In this document: positions 19,283-26,511 of the stretch, piece by piece
How the letters are laid out: the number at the start of each line of letters is the position of its first letter
Numbering within the stretch: the first letter of the stretch is position 1
DNA from: a virus
Taxonomy: Duplodnaviria; Caudoviricetes
Length of the DNA stretch: 27,471 nt
Strand: one strand, 5' to 3'
Virus record (IMG/VR): IMGVR_UViG_3300049782_000062
Coordinates: 1-27,471 of that record
Made by a program: the position numbers and the translations under genes
Notes under the pieces: generated by a model
What the model saw: only the letters and a program-made list of their open reading frames with translations
Database searches by the model: none
What the model was told of the DNA's origin: nothing

Positions 19283-19477
19283 ATGAGCACCACCGTCTCC
19301 GGCAGACCGAAGCCGCCCACCCCTGAGTGCGCCCCGTCCCAGGTCGGCCCGTGCGCGAGCTGTCAGCAGCCCACCCACCGGTACGGGCACGGCGCGAGTC
19401 CGCTGTGCGTGGTCTGCCAGAAGGCTCTGGATGAGTGGCGGGCGTCCGTGGGGAATACCTCGGCTGGACGGTCGTAG
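19283..19477 (+). CDS. Small zinc-finger protein (CxxC...CxxC)
   Basis: 64 aa, CASC and CVVC; TACGAT -10-like hexamer 6 nt upstream of ATG. Confidence 0.6.
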   Translation: MSTTVSGRPKPPTPECAPSQVGPCASCQQPTHRYGHGASPLCVVCQKALDEWRASVGNTSAGRS

Positions 19478-19487
19478 GCTCCCTGAC

Positions 19488-20072
19488 GTGCTCCTCTCCG
19501 ACCAAGACCTCCACGCGGCGATATCCAGCGGCCGGCTCGGCCTCGACCCGTTCGACGAGGCGATGCTCCAGCCCGCCTCCATCGACGTCCGCCTCGACGC
19601 CCAGTTCCTGGTGTTCGAGAATCACCGGCATGACTGCATCGACCCCGCGGTGGAGCAGTCCGATCTGACCCGGTTGGTCGAGGTCCGGGGCGACGAACCG
19701 TTCATCCTCCACCCGGGGGAGTTCGTCCTTGCCTCCACGCTGGAGCGGGTCCGCCTACCGCGGGACCTGGCCGCGCGCTTGGAGGGGAAGAGCAGCCTTG
19801 GTCGGCTCGGGCTGGTCACGCACTCCACGGCCGGGTTCATCGACCCGGGCTTCGAGGGGCACGTGACGCTGGAGCTGTCGAATCTGGCGACGCTTCCGAT
19901 CAAGCTGTGGCCGGGTATGAAGGTGGGGCAGCTGGCGGTGTTCCAGATGAGTGGCCCGGCGCTGTTCCCGTACGGCAGTGTGGAGCGGGGGTCGCGGTAT
20001 CAGGGGCAGCGGGGGCCGACGGCGTCCCGCTCCTGGCAGGGCTTCCACCGCACGTCGTTGTCGTCCCGCTGA
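19488..20072 (+). CDS. dcd: dCTP deaminase (actinobacterial type)
   Basis: GTG LLSD start, [59 protein letters not shown]. Confidence 0.96.
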   Translation: MLLSDQDLHAAISSGRLGLDPFDEAMLQPASIDVRLDAQFLVFENHRHDCIDPAVEQSDLTRLVEVRGDEPFILHPGEFVLASTLERVRLPRDLAARLEGKSSLGRLGLVTHSTAGFIDPGFEGHVTLELSNLATLPIKLWPGMKVGQLAVFQMSGPALFPYGSVERGSRYQGQRGPTASRSWQGFHRTSLSSR

Positions 20073-20176
20073 GCCTCGGCGTTGTCAGTGCCGCCAGGTA
20101 GCGTTGAGGCAGTTCGGACTGCCGGGGTCAAGAGGGCTCGTGGAGCGACGGCGGTCCCTGCACGAGGGGAGGCCCC

Positions 20177-20449
20177 GTGGCCAAGGCCCGAGTGAAGGTC
20201 AAGTTCAACCAGGCGGCGCTGAAGAAGGCCGTCGTAAAGTCGGTAGACGACTGGGCTGCGAAGATGACCCGCAAGATCAACGCCCTGTCGCCGCAGTACA
20301 CCGGGCGTCCGGTGCCGGAGGTGAAGCAGGCGATTGCACGGGTGTGGGCACGTGAGGCGGACGGCACGAAGTTGCCTGAGCCGCATCTGACGGCGTACGC
20401 GGAGCAGATCGCGGCTGGTGGTCGGGTGACCATCAGGACGAAGAAGTAG
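20177..20449 (+). CDS. Small basic hypothetical protein
   Basis: 90 aa, GTG start after GGGGAGG RBS, ends at hairpin. Confidence 0.7.
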   Translation: MAKARVKVKFNQAALKKAVVKSVDDWAAKMTRKINALSPQYTGRPVPEVKQAIARVWAREADGTKLPEPHLTAYAEQIAAGGRVTIRTKK

Positions 20450-20459
20450 GGTACGCACG

Positions 20460-20496
20460 ACGGTGCCCCGGCTGCTTTCCTCAGCCGGGGCACCGT
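20460..20496. terminator. Bidirectional intrinsic terminator-like hairpin
   Basis: 15-bp perfect stem ACGGTGCCCCGGCTG / CAGCCGGGGCACCGT with 7-nt loop between convergent genes. Confidence 0.8.
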
Positions 20497-20516
20497 GGCG
20501 TTCGACGTCGGTGTCC

Positions 20517-20678
20517 TCACTTCTCGGCGGCGCGCTCGGCGGGGGACTGTCCAACGCCCGCGCAGGGCGGGGAGGGCTTGAAGCCGTTGGCCTGCTTCTC
20601 TAGGTGGAGAGGCAGTGTGCCGTTGTCAGTGAGGGTGTACGGGCGGTGGCAGGCGGGGCAGGTTCCAACCGCTGTCAT
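20517..20678 (-). CDS. Array gene 4: 53-aa putative metal-binding protein (CPAC...H...C), ends EK
   Basis: Starts at repeat ATG, stops in next repeat TGA. Confidence 0.75.
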   Translation of the reverse strand: MTAVGTCPACHRPYTLTDNGTLPLHLEKQANGFKPSPPCAGVGQSPAERAAEK

Positions 20679-20689
20679 GGTCGGCGTCC

Positions 20690-20839
20690 TCACTTCTCGG
20701 TGGCGCGGTCGGTAGACAGCCCGAGCCTGTGAAACAGGGCGTCCAGACCGTCCTCCACGGTGCTCGTGGCTCGCTGCACTTCGTCCAGTTCGGGGTGGTC
20801 GGCTTTCCAGTCGAGGTAGTCGGAGAGCCAGTCGCTCAT
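20690..20839 (-). CDS. Array gene 3: 49-aa acidic protein, ends EK
   Basis: MSDWLSDYLDW...RATEK; bounded by repeats. Confidence 0.75.
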   Translation of the reverse strand: MSDWLSDYLDWKADHPELDEVQRATSTVEDGLDALFHRLGLSTDRATEK

Positions 20840-20850
20840 GGTCGGTGTCC

Positions 20851-21228
20851 TCACTTCTCGGTTTCGGGTGTCGTGGGGCGGCGCGTCTGCCACCCCTTCT
20901 GTCCGCCGGTCGGAGTCCGGACAGCGCGCGATACAGCACCAGCCCGTCGGCGAACGAACCGCTCCTCGTACTCCTCCCGCTCCCGGTGCTCTCGATCCTC
21001 CTCATCCTCGACCTGGAGGAAGGCCGGGTAGGCGTCTCGTGCGGCGGCGACAGCAGCGAGCGCGGTGTCGTGCAAGGAGTCCTCAAGTCGGTTGTGGGAC
21101 CAGGTGAGGTGCCACCCGGCGTCGGTCTCTGCGATCTTGGCGATTCGCTCGTGGTGGTCGTGGTGGCGAATGGTCATGGCACGGCCGTCCCACGGAGTGA
21201 AGATGGGTACGGGCTTCGGGCGGGCCAT
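20851..21228 (-). CDS. Array gene 2: 125-aa hypothetical protein, ends EK
   Basis: MARPKPVP...PETEK; bounded by repeats. Confidence 0.75.
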   Translation of the reverse strand: MARPKPVPIFTPWDGRAMTIRHHDHHERIAKIAETDAGWHLTWSHNRLEDSLHDTALAAVAAARDAYPAFLQVEDEEDREHREREEYEERFVRRRAGAVSRAVRTPTGGQKGWQTRRPTTPETEK

Positions 21229-21239
21229 GGTCGGTGTCC

Positions 21240-21656
21240 TCACTTCTCCACGTTGCGGATGGCGGTCTCGAAAACAGGGATCAGGTCTTCGGCGATCTCG
21301 TACCCTTCGACCTTGCCGAAGCCGGGCCCCACACCGGTCACCGGCTGCTTCATCGCCTCGGGCCAGCGGCGCAGCGTCTTGCCGCGCTGGAGGATGCGAC
21401 TCAGGGGGGCGCTGTGGCCGCGCAGGCTGTCATCGGGGTTGTCGCGGAGGGCATCCGCCGGCACCATCCCGCCGCGAGCCACCGCCTCCTTGACGATTCG
21501 TCGGGCGCGGGCGGGCAGCATCCGGTAGTACTGGGTGGCGCGTTCCTCGGTCCAGGTCGTGTCGGTCTCGACGTCCTGAGCGTGGTCGGCGAGGAGGGCC
21601 AGGAGCTTGTCCTGGAACTCGGGCGTGGGCTCATCCACGGTGACGGTGATACGCAT
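21240..21656 (-). CDS. Array gene 1: 138-aa hypothetical (possible DNA-binding) protein, ends EK
   Basis: MRITVTVDE start with GGAAGG RBS; stop lies in first repeat. Confidence 0.75.
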   Translation of the reverse strand: MRITVTVDEPTPEFQDKLLALLADHAQDVETDTTWTEERATQYYRMLPARARRIVKEAVARGGMVPADALRDNPDDSLRGHSAPLSRILQRGKTLRRWPEAMKQPVTGVGPGFGKVEGYEIAEDLIPVFETAIRNVEK

Positions 21657-21659
21657 GAC

Positions 21660-21790
21660 ACCTTCCGTAGCAACTAACGAGATCTGACGTGTTCTTACGA
21701 GAACCGTAGCGGACTCACGCACGTCTGTTACTCGTTTACTCGCATTAGTTTCACGATAGTTGGCGCGCGATCCTCACTGAGGAGCGCCCA
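21660..21790. promoter_or_regulatory. AT-richer divergent promoter/operator region
   Basis: Intergenic between divergent genes; imperfect IR 21671-21682/21751-21762, TTACTCG x2, CCGTAGC x2, palindrome TCCTCA-C-TGAGGA 21771-21783. Confidence 0.55.
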
Positions 21791-21842
21791 GCGTGGTTCC
21801 CGATAAGCTCATATGCCAGGCCACAAGAGCTACGGAGACCCA

Positions 21843-22010
21843 TTGAGCCTCGCCGGATACATCGTCAGCGTGCTGGCCGTCCTCGTCTCGCTCGCCAGCA
21901 TCACCGTGTCTCGGTCCGCACGGAAGCACGCTCTGCGCGCGCAGGCCGCGTATGCACGGGCCGAGGCTACGCGTGATGCGAGGCGGAAGATGAGGAACCA
22001 GACCCTCTGA
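21843..22010 (+). CDS. Small single-TM protein
   Basis: TTG start after GGAG (alternative ATG 21813); hydrophobic N-terminus, basic C-tail. Confidence 0.5.
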   Translation: MSLAGYIVSVLAVLVSLASITVSRSARKHALRAQAAYARAEATRDARRKMRNQTL

Positions 22011-22051
22011 CTCCAGTTAATGTTCCATCAGTCGACCTATGGAGCGTCGTC

Positions 22052-22261
22052 ATGGACCAGCCGGATGAACATACGCTCGTTGCGCAGGTCGACGCAGCGA
22101 TTGAGGCGCGCTGGCAGGTAGCGCAGCGCCGGCACCGGGATGCTATGGCCGCAATCGAGCGTCGTCGGTGCCGCGCCAACCTCCGCTTCGGCCTCGTGCT
22201 GATCGGGTGCGCCGCCGCGGCCGGCCTGGCGGCTCTGGTGTCTTCCTGGCTCGGTGGGTGA
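22052..22261 (+). CDS. Small protein with C-terminal TM helix
   Basis: 69 aa, GGAG RBS. Confidence 0.55.
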   Translation: MDQPDEHTLVAQVDAAIEARWQVAQRRHRDAMAAIERRRCRANLRFGLVLIGCAAAAGLAALVSSWLGG

Positions 22262-22326
22262 GGGTCCGACGCCACGGCTGGCGCGACACCCCCTGATCTG
22301 CTCTCCGAGGGATCACGGAGCCCCAT

Positions 22327-22354
22327 GTACTAGATAATTACTGTTATGTTGATC
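22327..22354 (+). other. dif-like (Xer-type) recombination site
   Basis: GTACTAGATAA-TTACTG-TTATGTTGATC: 11-6-11 layout with ATAA/TTAT inner symmetry and TTATGTT XerD-type arm; strongly AT-rich island in intergenic DNA. Confidence 0.65.
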
Positions 22355-22394
22355 TCCCGCACGGGCGGGGGATTAACGGCGATCCGGAGGGCCC

Positions 22395-22814
22395 ATGAAG
22401 GACTTGGTGCAGTTTCTACGTGACCGGCTGGACGAGGACGAATCGATCGCGCGGGAGGCGGCGCACTACGAGGCTGGGCACTGGACAACGAAGGACGGGT
22501 ACCCCGTCTCGGTGGCGGACGAGTTGCCGGAGGCAGCGGATACCTTTGAACGGGTGGTGGTCTTCGACGAGGGATCGCCCAGTGAGGAGCAGGCTGCCCA
22601 TATCGCCCGCCACGACCCGGCCCGCGTTCTCGCCGAGGTGGCCGCTAAGAAGCGGATCCTGGACCTCTACGACGCAGCACACTCCGATGCGGTCCGCGAC
22701 GCCATCGGTATCGACTCGCAGGATGGCACCATCAGCGCCATAACAGCGGCTCTCCAGTACCTCGCCACTGTGTACGCCGACCACCCGGACTACAACGAGG
22801 CGTGGCGGCCGTGA
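22395..22814 (+). CDS. DUF6221-like protein
   Basis: DLVQFLRDRLDEDE...HIARHDPARVLAEVAAK...YADHPDYNEAWRP pattern; GGAGG RBS. Confidence 0.8.
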   Translation: MKDLVQFLRDRLDEDESIAREAAHYEAGHWTTKDGYPVSVADELPEAADTFERVVVFDEGSPSEEQAAHIARHDPARVLAEVAAKKRILDLYDAAHSDAVRDAIGIDSQDGTISAITAALQYLATVYADHPDYNEAWRP

Positions 22815-23884
22815 CCGAGCTCGTCCCAAGAGCGCGCGGCGGCCAACTCGCCGCGCGCACCCGCAGCGCCGTCGACGACTGGCCACCCGAAGCCCTCGAC
22901 TTCGCCACCGAACTCGCCGACCACTACCCAGCAGGCGACCCCTACCCCGGCCTCGTCGGCGCCTGGATCGCACGCCAGAAGACCGCCAACACCCGACGCA
23001 CCTACGTCCGCCAGTACCGGGTATGGGACACCTACGCCCGCGAGAGAGGCACCCACCCGCTCCAAGCCCGCTTCCCCCTCGCCGAGGCATTCTCCCGGCA
23101 CCTTGAGACCGCCCCCACCATGCGACCGGTCAAGGGAGGGCACCGCGGGGAGAAGGCGCCCACCGGGCCGCCCCGCTCCGACGCCGCCCGGGCGAACCTG
23201 CTGTCCGCCTGCTCCTCCTTCTACACCTACGCCGTCCGCGCCGGCGCCGCCGAGTTCGACCCCTTCGACCTCGTCGCCCGCCCCGAGCTCGACCAGGACG
23301 GTTCCAACACCCAGGGCAGCACCGAAGAAGAGTCCGCGGCGCTCCTGGCGGCCGCCTACGAAGACGGGCCCCGCTCCTACGCCCTCCTGCTCACCATGTA
23401 CACCGTCGCGCTACGCCTGGACTCCGCGCTCGGCGCCCAGGTCGAGGACCTCGGCCACGACAAGGGCCACCGCATCCTCAACGTCCGCCTCAAGGGCGGC
23501 CGCCGCAAACCCAAGGTCGTCCCCCCGGCCACCGGGCACGCCATCGACGTCTACCTCAACGGCCGCACAGCCGGCCCGCTGTTCCAGACCCGCACCGGGC
23601 GCCCCCTCGACCCGGCCTACGTGTGGCGGCTCGTACGGCGCCTCGCCAAGAAGGCCGGCATCGCCAACGCCGCCACCTTCCACCCGCACGTTCTCAAGCA
23701 CGACGCCGTCACCCATGCCCTGGACGCCCCGGACGCTAAGCTGCACCACGTCCAGGACTTCGCCGACCACAAGGACCCGCGGACCACCCGCCGCTACGAC
23801 CGGCGCCGCGGGCGCCTGGACAACAGCCCCGGCTACCGCATCGCCGCACGGATCGCCGAGCGCCTGCCCGGAGGCGACGAGTAG
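22811..23884 (+). CDS. Tyrosine recombinase/integrase (XerC/D-like)
   Basis: GTGA overlap; N-terminal core-binding domain (NTRRTY...LSACSSFY), ALRLDS (Arg I), LKGG, HPHVLKH, DHKDPRTTRRY (His/Tyr). Confidence 0.9.
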   Translation: MTELVPRARGGQLAARTRSAVDDWPPEALDFATELADHYPAGDPYPGLVGAWIARQKTANTRRTYVRQYRVWDTYARERGTHPLQARFPLAEAFSRHLETAPTMRPVKGGHRGEKAPTGPPRSDAARANLLSACSSFYTYAVRAGAAEFDPFDLVARPELDQDGSNTQGSTEEESAALLAAAYEDGPRSYALLLTMYTVALRLDSALGAQVEDLGHDKGHRILNVRLKGGRRKPKVVPPATGHAIDVYLNGRTAGPLFQTRTGRPLDPAYVWRLVRRLAKKAGIANAATFHPHVLKHDAVTHALDAPDAKLHHVQDFADHKDPRTTRRYDRRRGRLDNSPGYRIAARIAERLPGGDE

Positions 23885-23918
23885 CCGTACTCGGACCTTC
23901 GTTGGTAACAGCCCTCCA

Positions 23919-23946
23919 GGCGGTCGGTCTGATCGGGCCGACCGTC
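23919..23946 (+). terminator. Hairpin downstream of recombinase
   Basis: GGCGGTCGGTCT-GATC-GGGCCGACCGTC stem with G-U pairs. Confidence 0.5.
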
Positions 23947-24021
23947 GAACCGCTCGGCATTACCACCCGGTGCCCTGACCTTGGGGTCCTCGGGTGAAGG
24001 CGCCCGGCATGAACTCGCGAC

Positions 24022-24237
24022 ATGCGTCTGCCCTCCTGTCCGGAGGGCCTCGACGCCTCGGAAGGGGTGACACCGACCGAGACGTTGGGAGACGACGCCG
24101 TGTACCTTCCCGATCCGTTCACCCTTGAGATGCTCGCGGCCGCGTGGCCCGCGTACCAGCTGGCCCGTGCGGCCGTCGGGGGCCTGGTCCGACTGCTGCG
24201 GCCCGGGCGCGGACGTCACCGTCGGCCGCGCCGCTAG
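24022..24237 (+). CDS. Small hypothetical protein
   Basis: 71 aa ORF with basic GRGRHRR tail; start uncertain. Confidence 0.45.
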   Translation: MRLPSCPEGLDASEGVTPTETLGDDAVYLPDPFTLEMLAAAWPAYQLARAAVGGLVRLLRPGRGRHRRPRR

Positions 24238-24326
24238 CAGACCGCGGCGCAGACCAGGACTGTCTCGACAACAGTCCCGGCCTGCGCCGCCACACGAATC
24301 ACGAAACGCCTCCCCGGTGGGGACGA

Positions 24327-24782
24327 CTAGGCCTCTTTAAGAGCCTGCCACTTCTCCGTCTCGTACGGGTACGGCGCCTCCGCCCACTGCTGGATCACCG
24401 TAGCGGCGTCAATGTCGTGGTGGTCGCGCCACACACGCCAGGCGGTGCTGCGCAGGTCGGTGAGGAACTGCGTACCCACCGCCCGGAAGTCGCCCGCCGT
24501 GATGTGACGTCCGATCGTGTCGATCAGCTTGGCCTCGCGCTCGGGCGTTTCCCTGGCGAACAGCATCAGGACGTAGTCGGCGAAGTCGCGAGCCTGGTAG
24601 TCGTGGTTGTAGGTCTGCTTGGCGACCGCGGCAATTCCGGCCTTGATCTTCTTGAAGCCGTATCCGTCCAGGTCGTGGCGCCAGCTCTCCCAGAAGCCAC
24701 CGTCCTCGGTGGGGGAGCCGAGGATGCCGATGAGGCGGAGGAGACGGTCGAGGTCGGGGCACTCGTGTACGGGTTCGTCCAT
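24327..24782 (-). CDS. Hypothetical protein (probably leaderless)
   Basis: 151 aa globular-looking ORF; TAACGT -10-like hexamer 7 nt upstream of ATG. Confidence 0.75.
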   Translation of the reverse strand: MDEPVHECPDLDRLLRLIGILGSPTEDGGFWESWRHDLDGYGFKKIKAGIAAVAKQTYNHDYQARDFADYVLMLFARETPEREAKLIDTIGRHITAGDFRAVGTQFLTDLRSTAWRVWRDHHDIDAATVIQQWAEAPYPYETEKWQALKEA

Positions 24783-24862
24783 GCCCGGGACGTTAGACGT
24801 GCCGTGTTCTTCCTGCCATGGAGTTGCGGGTTATCGGCCAGACGTCGGCGCCAAGTCGTTGC

Positions 24863-25711
24863 TCAGCCGCCGGCGGGCACGTCCCAGTAGCCGGTGTGTG
24901 CGATGGTGTCGGCGGTGACGGGGGGTGTGCGCTGGGCGAGGGTGGGTTCGGTGGCGATCATCTGCCGGATGAGCATGTTGGGGTAGCGGGAGATGATGGG
25001 GCGGCCGCCCTGGCCGAGGATGAGGGCGTGGACGCCTTCGGCCGGCCGGGGCCGTTTGGGCAGGTACCGCTTGAGTGCGGCGGCGGTGAGCGGTTCGAGG
25101 GTGAACTTCTTGCCGACGTTTTCGAAGTCGTCGGGGGCGCGGACTTCGTAGGTGCCGTTGGGGAGTTCGTAGAGGTGGCGCATGTCGAGGCGGACGATTT
25201 CGCCGGGGCGCAGGCCTTCGAGGAGGAGGTAGCCGATGAGGCGGTCGCGGAGGTAGTGGCGGGCCTGGTCGGGGCCCCAGCCGCCGAGGCAGGTGAAGAA
25301 GGCGACGCGTTCCATGGGGGTGAGGCGGCGGGGCGGGTTGGCGTCGCGGTCGACTCCGCTGCGGAGCATGGTGAGGTCTGGGGGGAGGCGGATGGCGCCG
25401 CGGTCGGCGGCCGCGGTGTAGAAGCCGGTGAGGGCGGTGATGCGCCGGTCGTGGGATTTGGCGACCTCGGGGTGCTGTTCGGCGAGCTGCGCGAGGGCGT
25501 CGGGGCTGTCGAAGGGCCGGGTGAGGTAGGGGTGGAGGAAGGTCTGCTCGGACCAGGCGGCGATGTCCTCGATGCCGGCCGCGTAGGGGTTGATGTGGTG
25601 GTGGGTGCACCAGTCGAGCCAGGAGGTGACCTCACGCCGGTACTCGGCGGCGCTGGAGGGGCGCAGGGTGGAGTGGGTGAGCCAGTCCTCGAGGAGCGTG
25701 CGTGGGTCCAT
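24863..25711 (-). CDS. Degenerate tyrosine recombinase-family protein lacking HxxR and catalytic Tyr
   Basis: Core-binding domain (LRPSSAAEYRRE...RRITALTGFY), RDRL...GLRPGEIVRLD, then TADTIAHT where TPHxLRHT is expected and stop 9 aa later; alternative start 25735. Confidence 0.8.
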   Translation of the reverse strand: MDPRTLLEDWLTHSTLRPSSAAEYRREVTSWLDWCTHHHINPYAAGIEDIAAWSEQTFLHPYLTRPFDSPDALAQLAEQHPEVAKSHDRRITALTGFYTAAADRGAIRLPPDLTMLRSGVDRDANPPRRLTPMERVAFFTCLGGWGPDQARHYLRDRLIGYLLLEGLRPGEIVRLDMRHLYELPNGTYEVRAPDDFENVGKKFTLEPLTAAALKRYLPKRPRPAEGVHALILGQGGRPIISRYPNMLIRQMIATEPTLAQRTPPVTADTIAHTGYWDVPAGG

Positions 25712-25749
25712 GCCCCTTATCTTGCCCGCTCTCATTCCTAGATCAAGAT

Positions 25750-25870
25750 TTATACAAAACCTCGGGAGACCTCAGCCCTGGATGCCGTTGTGGTGCGGGG
25801 CGTGGGGAAGGTGCGGGGCGTTGCGCGCGCGACTTCTCCTGGTGGGTGGTGGTCCCGAGGTTTTGTATAA
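25750..25870. repeat. Perfect 18-bp inverted repeat flanking 85 bp
   Basis: TTATACAAAACCTCGGGA (25750-25767) / TCCCGAGGTTTTGTATAA (25853-25870); 22/24 when extended outward. Confidence 0.92.
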
Positions 25871-25976
25871 GTCCTGGTGGGATGGGGTGCGGGGGTTTGG
25901 TTGGTCCCGGACCGGGGGCCTGACAGCACGCTACGACGGAACCGGTGCGGTGCTCCCCCGCGCCCCTCGCGGCGTG

Positions 25977-26498
25977 TCAGTAGTCGCCGTCGAAGCCGTA
26001 CATATCCGGGGTGTCGCCGCAGCAGACCGGGCACATGCACCGGCAGGTGTCTTCTCGTCCGGTACAGCGGCCCGCCTCCCACATACAGCTGCCGTCCGCA
26101 CCCTGGCAGCCCGGGCCCGGTTCAGGGCAGTCCGCCACGGCCATCTGGTGGGTCTCGCACCAGGTCCGCATCGCCGTCTCCAGTTGGACGTCGCCCCACA
26201 CGTGACCGTAGCGGCGCGCGTTGTCCTCCCACGGACAGCGGGCCTCAACGCCCTGCGGAGGGCAGGAGGGTGCCTGCCCGTCCGGGTAGGTCACCCAGCC
26301 GCCGTCCTCGGGGAAGGAGGACCAGTCCCGTCCGTCCGGCGCGTGCCACTGGAGCCATTCGCGGGGGCCATCCTTGTGGCTGGGCGTGGTCCGGCGCCAG
26401 ACGGTAACGCCGCAGTCGGGGCATCGTGCGAAATCCTCGCCGCCCCGCAGGCGGTGCTGGCCGGTGAGAGCAGCTAGGGGTACGCGGGTGTCCTGCAC
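25977..26498 (-). CDS. Cys/Trp-rich hypothetical protein
   Basis: 173 aa, GTG after GAGGAG; CPDC and C-terminal CRCMCPVCC cluster. Confidence 0.65.
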   Translation of the reverse strand: MQDTRVPLAALTGQHRLRGGEDFARCPDCGVTVWRRTTPSHKDGPREWLQWHAPDGRDWSSFPEDGGWVTYPDGQAPSCPPQGVEARCPWEDNARRYGHVWGDVQLETAMRTWCETHQMAVADCPEPGPGCQGADGSCMWEAGRCTGREDTCRCMCPVCCGDTPDMYGFDGDY

Positions 26499-26511
26499 TT
26501 GGGTGCTCTCC

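Larger units (their letters stand above)
20507..21248 (-). repeat. Four direct repeats GAGAAGTGAGGACACCGAC(CATG) at gene junctions
   Basis: 19-bp cores (plus strand GTCGGTGTCCTCACTTCTC) at 20507-20525, 20680-20698 (1 mismatch), 20841-20859, 21230-21248. Confidence 0.95.

Noticed and set aside
18430-20100. thyX/dcd as host chromosome marking the prophage end
   Set aside because: Phage-type small ORFs and recombinases continue beyond; usual chromosomal neighbours and an att duplication are not visible
20437-20460. Degenerate inverted copy of the EK repeat at the end of the 20177 gene (AGAAGTAGGGTACGCACGAC)
   Set aside because: Only AGAAGT is shared without gaps; could be chance
20507-21248. 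Junction repeats as a CRISPR array
   Set aside because: Spacings are 173, 161 and 389 bp, each interval is a complete ORF, and no cas genes are present
21796-21823. Second dif-like site (TTCCCGATAA GCTCAT ATGCC)
   Set aside because: Right arm lacks TTAT at the 6-bp spacing; only a half-site resemblance
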